In this document: positions 35,730 to 45,485 of the stretch, piece by piece
How the letters are laid out: each line of letters opens with the position of its first letter
How positions within the stretch are numbered: the first letter of the stretch is position 1
Assembly: GCA_030167865.1 (NCBI GenBank)
Contig: JALAGF010006574.1
Coordinates: 1 to 60,252 of the forward strand
Origin: Craspedostauros australis
Lineage: Eukaryota
Direction of reading: 5' to 3'
DNA length: 60,252 bases
Notes under the pieces: generated by a model
The model's input: only the letters and a program-made list of their open reading frames with translations
Told to the model about the DNA's origin: nothing
The model's database searches: none
Program-made: the position numbers and the translations under genes

Positions 35730-37364
35730 GTCTGACACTTCACTCCTCTTCCTCGGCAGCGCCGTCCATTTCAATTACTTCGGATCAATTGGTACTCATA
35801 GAGCTGGTTCTCATGGAACGGACGAGGTCCACCAATGTTGCCCGATCCATGTATGAATTCACTTGTGCCGTACCCTCATCCTGATCCGTAACCTTGTACA
35901 GCTCCACCATGGACAAGTGGCTGTACTCACCATCAACTCCATCACTCTCCGCTCCCCCACTGCAAAGCACCTTGATCTCTGTCATCAGTTGCCGGCGTGG
36001 ACTCAGCTTGCTGAAATCTGGATGAGTGAACATATCATTCTCATTGCTGCATCCTTCAACACCACGCCGTTGTGTTGATGGGTGAATAGCAATGCGTCTA
36101 GCATGTTTTCCTCCGTGAGATGCTTGCGGGTCAACTCCGCTTCAAGAACAAGCTTGAGTCGCCAGAAGCCGAACTCGTTGGCCACAAGGATCAGCTGTTG
36201 CAGATCGTGCCGTCTAGTGAGGATGGGAGTTGGCTGGTGAGAGGCATCTGCATCGTGGTGAGCGCCGACATGAGCGCCGACATCAGCAGCAGCATTGTCA
36301 CGAGCGCTGTCATTGAAGGATATCTCACCTGTGTAGATGCATTGGAGGAAGTATCGGACGTGTTTTGGTTGAAGGTTGGGAAGAGGGATGGTTGTTTGGA
36401 TGGGGGCCACGCCGTCTTGGGTGCCATCATTCGCCTGCTGATGTTAGATTCCTTTGTCAATCAGTGTCTCAATGGATGGGACGGCGATGATGAGGGCTTC
36501 AGCGTTTGTCTTGATTGGTTGTTGTTGGTTGCCTTGTCCACACAAGAAGATGGTGTCTGCCCTGTTCTCGGTTTAGAAGGATCTGAACCGGTCTTCTCCA
36601 ATGCTGATGTTGGTCCTCTTGTGGCTACTAGGTTTGTGTTCAATCTCTTGCTCCTTTCGCTTCAACTGCTGTCTCAACTGTTCTTGTGGCTGCTTATTCT
36701 CTTGCTCGTTTTGTTGTAAGCGTTGTTGCAGTTGTGGGTGAGTTGAAGGCGAAAGTCCTCTAATGAGGGACTCCATACACTCCAGCTTGCCATTGCGGCA
36801 GGCCCAATGAAGGGGAGTGGAACCATCGTTGTTTTGGCAGTTGATGTCCGCCTCACATGATTTCATGAGGTACTCCACACACTCCAGGTGGTCGAACATG
36901 CATGCGTAACGAAGGGGAGTGAAACCAAAGTTGTTTTTGCAATTGATGTTTGCCTCACCTGATTCGATGAGGTACTTCATACACTCCAGGTGGTCTCTGC
37001 AGCATGCATCATGAAGGGGAGTGTCACCATTGTTGTTTTTGTAGTTGATGTTCGCCTCACATGATTCGATGAGGTACTTCACACACTCCAGCTGGCTGTT
37101 GCGACATGCCCAATGGAGGGGTGTGTGACCATCGATGTCTTGGCAGTTGATGTCCACCTCACATGATTTGATGAGGTACTTCACGCACTCCAGCTGGCCG
37201 CTGTGACATGCCAAATGAAGGGGAGTGATACGTCCCCTGCCTGTAACCATGTTGACATCAACTCCTTCATTCTGCGTCTTGTTCTGCTTCTTCCATTTCT
37301 TCAACACCGACAAGTCGCCTCTGTTGGCAGCATCAAGGAGTTGTTCGTTCGTAACATTCGGCAT
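35730..37364 (-). pseudogene. Ankyrin repeat-coiled coil-BTB gene, copy B (disrupted; ANK+CC open 36573-37364)
   Basis: Five TPLH repeats; in-frame TAA at 36573 and 36444; BTB RADTIFLCG...FLQCIYTGEI; 19-bp deletion relative to copy A near 36035. Confidence 0.85.
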
Positions 37365-38024
37365 GTTGAGAGGATGGTTGATGGTTGGTGGTCTTTTGGC
37401 GTTGGATTGGCTGTCGAGGAAGTGTGTGGTCTGAGCTATCTACTATGAGGCAGAGATATCGATGGTGTGTCTTCAATAGCTTGTAGTAGTACGCGTACCA
37501 TGCACTGTGTGATGAATGTGAGAGGCAATTCGATGTCTGTTGTTGATGTGCTCGAGTATGGGGTTGAGTGGTGTGTGTTGTTGTCTGTGTTTGCCTCCTC
37601 TTGATCGTCCTCTGGTTTGGATCCTTCTGTTCCCACCAGCCGCGGTTCTCGTCGTCTTCGACGCCACAAGGTGTTCTCGTTCGTTTCTGTTGCTGGGTCG
37701 ATTTAGTCGGTTTTCGTAGCATGTCGCAATAGCGTTCTTTGCGGCAGCTCAAACATCGAACTCCACCATCTCTTCTCCACTCGATGCAGGAAGATGACAA
37801 TCCTCGCACGACGCCATTGGAACATGAAGATGATGTCGCATTTGAACTATACTTGTACTGTTATATTATGTGATACTTTTGAATCACCACATATTCCATC
37901 AGCAACAGAAACTCTCTCGGTCTCAATGCAATTGAGGCAGCGCATTCCGATGCGGCTTCTTGCCACTGGGATAACTTTCTCTCTCTCTCTCTCCTTCCAC
38001 CTCACCATCCGTCTATGTATCCGT

Positions 38025-38669
38025 CTACGCTCTCGTCATCGTGTGCCGCTCGGGCGCGTTGATACGCTCGCGCAGCTTGATTTCGTGATGCGTCTGCGCC
38101 GTCATGCACCCGCTGACGCAGCAGAAGACAACATCGGCAAGGATATTGCACACTTGCGCGACCTGATCGTCGCCCTCGCATTCGGTGCAACGTGCGACGC
38201 AGCTGAGACATAAGGCGAAGATCATGAGGCAATTCGTGCAGCGAATGAGGCGGATATCGTCGTTGTCGAGCCCCAGACCGTACTCATTGCGCATGATGAT
38301 GGACGTCGCGCTGACGGCGGGTCCCGTGCAGCAGAATGCCTCGAGGCACATGCAGCAATGGGGGCAGGTGCTTTCGCACATGTTGCCGGGCTGCAGGCAG
38401 CAGCAGCCGCCGTAATAGCCCTGGCAGCATATGTAATGGGACCACCCGGAACCTGGATGGACGTGATTCAAGGCCCTGTGGCGCATGTAGATCTGCACGG
38501 GGCAGAGGCACATCATGCTCCCCAGCCAGCAGCATGGAGCGCGGCATGGAGCCTGGCACATCGTGATGTCGAACTTGTTCTCATTGTTGGCGAACTGAGC
38601 GTAGCTGCTGCCGTATTTCCCGTTCATTTCGCTCTGGGACAGCGGCGTGGTGGGGCAGAGGAGGCACAT
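38025..38669 (-). CDS. Cys-rich PLAC8-family protein
   Basis: Tandem PLAC8-like units: C.CPVQIYMR..AL, YICCQGY, CLEAFCC.G.AVSAT...R.EYGL, GCMTAQ...EI. Confidence 0.85.
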   Translation of the reverse strand: MCLLCPTTPLSQSEMNGKYGSSYAQFANNENKFDITMCQAPCRAPCCWLGSMMCLCPVQIYMRHRALNHVHPGSGWSHYICCQGYYGGCCCLQPGNMCESTCPHCCMCLEAFCCTGPAVSATSIIMRNEYGLGLDNDDIRLIRCTNCLMIFALCLSCVARCTECEGDDQVAQVCNILADVVFCCVSGCMTAQTHHEIKLRERINAPERHTMTRA

Positions 38670-39342
38670 GATGGCGGTTGTTTACGAGGAGGTTGGAGCG
38701 CAGGGAGTACAAGGAGAGAGGGTTGGTCTGGACTTGGGATTGATCCTGGTGCAAGTGATATGTTGTTGATGATGGTGCTGCTGATGATGTTGTGGAAATC
38801 TTTGCGAATGGCTTTGCGGATGGTATTGTTGATGATGCTTCGCAGTTGTGTGGGCGTTTGGCACGATTGTGCAGGCACAGATGTGGATCTTGCGTTGTGT
38901 TTGTCGCGAGTGCAAGGAGAAACGCGAAGGAAACATGGCAGCAAAACGAACCGTACGCCTCTCCCGCCAACAACAGGCAGCGCCAGAATGTGATGGATTT
39001 CGTCGGCGAAGATATCCTTGTCTCGTGAATGTCCTCCTCGTGTCACAGAGGGAACGGCTTCGGTTGGACTTGTCACCAACAACCATTTCTCGACTCATTA
39101 ACAATCAAAGAAGGACACACTACTCATCACTGCAATGTTGCCTTGTGCGCAACGTTTACGACGAGACCGGTCAACCAAGCAGAGGAGCGTCCACATTTAC
39201 TTTGCGGATTGATCTCGACTCCATGCTATTCTGTTATATGCTGGGAGTGACAACAATGCGGCGCCATCCAGTACCTTTGTTGAAACGCATAAACGCGCAG
39301 ACGAAATCTCAGCTGCCGCCATACCGCCGTCCCTGTATCATT

Positions 39343-40308
39343 CTATGAGTATTCCGAAGGGACTCCACTGCCGATCGTGCGCATGTATGTTGATCGCAGC
39401 AGATCTTCCACTAGATCATCGAGGTCCTCGTCAATAGCGACAGCAAGCGGAGTGAATCCTTCATCCGTGTCTGGGATATGGAGACCGATTTTGCGGCTTC
39501 CTTTGTCACCCAAATCGCTGTGCCCAAGCAGGCAATCGACGGCTTCCGTGTTGCCATGAAAGCACGCACAATGAAGAGGCGTGTATCCATCTCCATTTTT
39601 AATGTCGAGATCAATGTTCGTGTTGTCATGCGTGCAGCAGAAGTGGAGGAGACATTCGACCGCTGCCGCGGACGTGTTCTCACAGGCAATATGCAGCGGT
39701 GTGCGGCCGAAAATGTCCGGCATGTTGATGTCGAGATCGATGCTGTCATCAATGTAGCTTTCTTCGAGAAGGCAATTCACCACGTCCGCGGAATCGTCCT
39801 CGCAAGCGCAGTGCAGTGGAGTTAAGCCGTACCTGGTTTGGATATTGACGTTGATGCGGATGTCGTCGTTCATACGAACGGACTCCAGCAGGCACTTCAC
39901 CATTTGTTTTCGGCCAGTCTGGCAAGCGTAATGCAGCGGTGCGTACCCTTCCCCGTCTTGGACGTTCACGTTGATGCTGATGCCGTCAGTTGCACCGCCG
40001 AATTGAAGCAGGCGCTGCATCACATCCTCCTTGCCACGACTGCAGGCATAATGCAGCGGCGTCTTGTGGCGCATACTTCGAACGTTGAGATCGAGGTTGA
40101 TGTTATTGTTGGCGTGGCTTGATCGAAGGAAGCACGCGACAACATCTGCGCTGCCCTTAGCACAGGCAACATGGAGCGGGGTTTCGCCAGCTGAGTTTTG
40201 TGCCAAGATGTCCGCGTCTTCGCCCTCTTCTATCAAGCGACGGACCCTTGTCAGATCACTTTCTCTGCACGCGGAGTGCAGCGGCGTGTCACCTTTGATG
40301 ACCGCCAT
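39343..40308 (-). CDS. Ankyrin repeat protein (about 8 repeats with long loops)
   Basis: Repeated G.TPLH.AC motifs throughout the 321-aa ORF. Confidence 0.9.
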   Translation of the reverse strand: MAVIKGDTPLHSACRESDLTRVRRLIEEGEDADILAQNSAGETPLHVACAKGSADVVACFLRSSHANNNINLDLNVRSMRHKTPLHYACSRGKEDVMQRLLQFGGATDGISINVNVQDGEGYAPLHYACQTGRKQMVKCLLESVRMNDDIRINVNIQTRYGLTPLHCACEDDSADVVNCLLEESYIDDSIDLDINMPDIFGRTPLHIACENTSAAAVECLLHFCCTHDNTNIDLDIKNGDGYTPLHCACFHGNTEAVDCLLGHSDLGDKGSRKIGLHIPDTDEGFTPLAVAIDEDLDDLVEDLLRSTYMRTIGSGVPSEYS

Positions 40309-42910
40309 GCTGATGAGTGCTGTCTAACGCAGTGACCTGCGATGTGAAAAGTGGAATGATGGATGAGCACAATGATGGCAGTCACAGCATCATCCGAAAG
40401 ATCCGGCAACTATAATTCCGTGCTTTCGCGATGGGCTGAAAGGAACAGGCTGACAACCGCCGAAAAGATCGTACAAGGTGCACTCCACCAATCCTAACAG
40501 GTTTACCATCACACAAGCGTCACTCACTGCTTCCTTGCTCTCCTGACTTGGCTACTTGTCTCATAAGCGATGCAATGAAGATGTATGATTTTGTACTTGT
40601 TTGGATTCGCGACGCTCTTTGGAGTTTTGTGTTGTTGTGTCGTTGTGTTGTTCTGTGTTTAGGTCATTGCGTGACCGAGACGTTGTTGGGAGATACGGTA
40701 TATTATTGTTCATTCTTCAATTAGGATGAATCAGACAACGACCAGAAATCGGAACAGTTTCTCGATCTGTGATGTCAGCCCTGACCTGCACTGTTCTGGA
40801 ATCCACTAAATTGCGATCTTCCAAAGAGGATGTTTCACACCACCAGAGGCAGCGACAACGATCAATTAATTGAAGGTGCCCTGTCTGAGATCTTGTGGCA
40901 GAAAGGAGTCAGACACGCATGTTACCTGGAGGGATTTATTGGTATACACTACATGCTGAAATGCCCTCAGCAACCAATACACTCCTGCAGAAGAGAGATG
41001 CTTCTCATCACAAAGCAACAAGAATGCCAACAGTTGCAGGTGGAAAGTCCTCAGTGTGCCGATCGTTTCATTTCCAAGTTTGGCAAGCGCTTTGGCATGG
41101 GGAACAGGATCGAACAGTGTAAACCACAATGGTGTATGGTATTAGAATTATACTTATTCCACACAGCTCCCTCTCTCTCTTGTGTTCTAGCTTGGTGGTG
41201 CAGTTGAGTTGATAGGACAAAGACAATAATTGTTGGAAATATGGGGTAGTAGTACTGTAGTCTAATGCTTATTAAACTGTACTGCTGTAGAACTGTGAGA
41301 ACAACATCTTCATTTCTTGCTTCTTCGAATCGATTGCCCATGATGATAGCAGTAGCATCCTGTTGTTGCTCCTGTATTCATCATTACAGATCTCCTCCAT
41401 TGTTCACATCTCATCATGTATCTCAGGCACATTTCACCATGCTCATCCATGATGATTCCCTTCTACACTCCTGCAGTACATGCGTGCTGATGTCGAGTTC
41501 CACTCTCTTCCGATCTGACATCAATCACCCATTCAGTGCACTCTTTCATGTTGTTCACTCACTCTTCTCACATGCTGACCAATGATAACACTTGGGTCAG
41601 GACATGATGTTCTGGCATGATCGATACGATCGTTCGACGATGTTCCAGTCCGCGCTTTATTCTCCTTCGTGGTTCTCCCTCATTCATGGGATCAAGTTCT
41701 GAGTTCCGAGCGACTCAATATTGTTAGCGCTTTCCCATAGATGTTTGGTCTGTCGGGATGTACATGCGTGTGTAGGTCAAGGTGTACGTGTATATGTGCA
41801 TCGTTCACCCGTTATTCTCTTATACATGTTCAGACGGTATAACTACATTCGTGTCAATAGTATGCTGTGATTTGTCAGAATCACAGTGGAAATGGAACAC
41901 GCAAAAATGAGCAGAATTCCTGGAGGAAATTTGCAATCAACGATTTCTGAGAATCAGGAATATCGTCCGTCCATCCATCAATGGAAAACGTATGGTATCG
42001 AGCGAAGCTCGATGCACCTCCCAACTGAACCTCAGATGACAATATCATCTGACAGACCATCGCATCATTGATGGAATGTGGAATCAGAAGGACCGTGGAA
42101 CCAACAGCTGACGTTGACAAGATGTCAAGGTGTCACCACGTCGACATCTGTCTCAACATCAGATCACGAAGGCGAAGATTCGATGACCAAGGGACATCGA
42201 GATCGTAAGTATGCAAGGAGGATTGCAGTGTGGGAGTAATGGCGACTACTCATGGAGTAATGGGCCAGTGGAGCACGAAACAATGGAGTATGCAATGCAT
42301 GCGGAGTACATGTCGAGTACGGAATATTGCGTGGAGTGAACATGCAACATTGAGAGAGAGAGAGAGAGAGAGAGAGAGTAAGAGCAACAGCAAGAGAGGA
42401 TCTCGCGCACCGACTCATAGTCGGACCAACGAGAGAGATGCGCCGAGAGCATTGGGCAAGAGAACAAGAGACACCAAGAGGATCGGAGTGTCTACGGAAT
42501 GAAATAGCAAACAGAATACCAAACAACAACACCATCTACCACGATCGCAAGGTATCCGTCCACGGAACTTGCCAACATTATTCTGAGTTAGCTAGTGGTC
42601 TTCGTAGGATGAAGAAACGATGTCACACAGCTTGATAGGGCCCTGCACTGATTTACTTGGTTCAGTGCTTGAGGGCAGACGTTGATTTTTGCTCCTTGCT
42701 CTCTTCACACGTAGTCACACTGCAGCATAGATCATGACAATTCAGTTGAAATGGTCATACAGCAATGGCTGTGGTTGGAGTTGACTCTCGGATTCCTTTG
42801 CTTGAGTTGAAGCAAGCTGGATATGCGTGCCATGACTACGACAATGGCGTAGTAGTCATTTGCATGGAGAGAATCGAGGTATGTTGTAGTGACCGTTTTT
42901 GAGGAGCATA

Positions 42911-43508
42911 TCTCTTAACGACCCAACGCCCATATTATGGGCAATAAAAATTTCATAATCAGTTATTCCAACTTTCGACCCCAACGCCTACGAGTGGGAA
43001 CCTCTTTTCTTTACATATTCTGAATCCTCTCGAGCTCCTCTTTCCAACCATGCTATTACATTTATATGTCTTCTACTGTTGTTAGGTTGATATCGTCGCC
43101 TAAAGTACTCGTGAATAAATGGTTTTTCTCAGTCCCGATACAGAAACGCTTGACGGGACCTGTTGTAATTTTTTCCGAAAACAACAAGGAGGAACCACGT
43201 GAAAACCGTTGTTGATGTTCGAGCGCCAAAACGACAAGCTTCCCCAATGGAAGCAACCGACCCTGATGGGGTAACCAGGATCCGCAGTTCTTGTAGATTC
43301 GGAATCTGTGAAGCAACCTTGAACACTGGTGGCGGAAAGAGATGAACACACCAACAACACGAATTCAGCGCATTCACACGATATCACTAGTTGTGAGAGG
43401 TACAAACTTAGTTTTTACGTAAACCTTGGTAGGGAAATTGCGTTCAAAAAACAACTAGTGTCATTATATCGCCCATAATATGGGCGTTAAGCTTGGGTCG
43501 TTAAGGGA
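42911..43508. mobile_element. ~600 bp element with imperfect terminal inverted repeats (MITE-like)
   Basis: Left TCTCTTAACGACCCAA-CGCCCATATTATGGGC; right GCCCATAATATGGGCGTTAAGCTTGGGTCGTTAAGGGA; TA on both flanks; AT-rich interior. Confidence 0.7.
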
Positions 43509-45485
43509 TAGTTCCCAAAGTAAAGCCGAGTCAGATCGGTCATGGCATGAGTTAGGACTGATTCGTGAATGGAAGAGAGAAAGGGGAGAAAAGATGTGGT
43601 GGTCGATCAGGTCGGAAGATTTCGCGCCAAAACGAGAATTTCTCCCATCGAATGAAGACATCGTGTTCGGTGATAGTCTGTCCCTAATTGAATCTCAACT
43701 ACATCCATAATTAATTGAAAAGAGTCGATTTCCTCAGTGCTTCTCTGGGTGCATCACACCCAGAATGAATTGAAAAAGAGGAGATTTTTGCCCGGGCAAA
43801 CAACAAAGAAGTGCGTATTTTAATAGAGCCCAAACGTAATGGCTGTTGTCTTGTTGGCTGTTCTTTAGCTGTAGGCAGAGGCTTGACTGGCAAGCGATCC
43901 GGACGAGAGTCTTCTGTTCCACAAGTAGTCAATTGAGAATACTGGTAGATGGTGAAGAAACGTGCGGATTATGAGATTAGTGCAATTATTCTTGTTCATG
44001 TGACACCCTGTGTGGGTTGCCCTGGAAAAGGGTCGTAGGGTTTGCGTAGCCCAAGTACCACAGGAGGGGGCCCTTTTGTTGGGTTGCTGTCAGAAANNNN
44101 NNNNNNNNNNNNNNNNNNNNNAGTACCAGGGGAAAGTTTCCCTCCATCAAGTTGGAAGCTGGGCGAAGGTCATCTTGCGTGTATTCCCACGTGGAACTGT
44201 ACCGTGGATCCAGCAGTCTTGTATCGGCATCAAGTTTTCGGTGGGGAGGGGTTCTGATGACACAGTCATTGGGACCCTTTTTCCACGGGTCCTGGATTTC
44301 AAAGAGTTTCTTCGAAGACTTGTGCCTGCTCCAACCATGGTTATGTCCGAAACGTGGTTCAGATCGATTCGTGGGAAAACGAGTCATGTGTTCCAGGAAA
44401 TCCTTCCTTAGCCTAACTGCTAGTTTAGCTCTATTATATTTATCGTATCATATGACATGGTGGGTATCGTGTCCTACACTATGGTGTAATATATACCACG
44501 CAAATGGAAGTGTCGTTCCCGTCGCCACATGATAGCATTAAATCTGAACCTTTCTTCGCATCCCCACCCAGGAATGTTCAGGTTCGTCGGCAGCTGAGGA
44601 AGCAAAATACAGGTTCGTCGGCAGCTGGGGAAGCCATGATACCACACGACCCAAGCGTCGAAGGTCAGCCGATTCAGCAAGGAACACACGCACGAGCTAT
44701 ACAAAGAGGTACCACATCCACAATTGGATGGCATTGGACTTTCTCATGCTGCTGGAGAGCTTGCGGTAGAATTCTACCCTTTCACATCGCCAACTCGGAG
44801 GAGGCAACCTTCGATGCGGAGAATCAAAGTGGAGCCTTCCAAGCAGCAAACCCGAGTTACAACAGAGAGGTGGTCAACCACCAAGCAAACATCCGTAACA
44901 AGGTTTGCAATGCGATGCGCACCAGTATTCGACTCTGATACGACCACAACTGGCGCAGGAGGACGGTGGAAGCCTTCAGCCATTTACGGCATTGCATGAA
45001 CGCACGTCGCGGTGTTCATCGCTTGTCGGCCCGCCCCGCCCCTCGAGAAATCACTTATCTTCCTCCCAAACCGATCCTATCAGTCTTATAACACCAATCG
45101 ACCACCAGATTACAAGACATCAAATCACAAGACAACAACCAACATCCGACAGTCAACAGCCGGAATCCAAAAACTATCGCAAGGTGAGCACACGTCAATC
45201 CGAGGCTGAAGCGACGACGAGCTATCCAAAGACACCATGCATCCTCACCCTGCTTTCCCATAGCAATACCAGACTCGCACTAGTCGACATCTTGCTGTCG
45301 AACCCTCCACCTCTGCCAGCCTTCATTAACTCACGCTTTTCCTTTCCATATCGTCGTTCCTTTCGCATGCACACCTCGTCGAATCGTCGCAACGCCCTGC
45401 TGATTGCACAGTCGATCTGTGCTCTATTCGGATTCAACGCGAACTTGGCGCACGCACAATTGATCCAACCGCTCTCGTTACGGCA

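Larger units (their letters stand above)
27710..37630. repeat. ~2.0-2.2 kb diverged direct segmental duplication (27710-29885 / 35640-37630)
   Basis: Colinear similarity covers the 3' flank, the coding region and the upstream region (e.g. GATATCGATGGTGTGTCTTCAATAGCTTGTA in both copies). Confidence 0.92.

Noticed and set aside
40830..44400. Transposase or reverse-transcriptase ORFs in the CpG-poor tract
   Set aside because: It looks like decayed repeat DNA, but I found no catalytic motifs; only the inverted-repeat element is reported.
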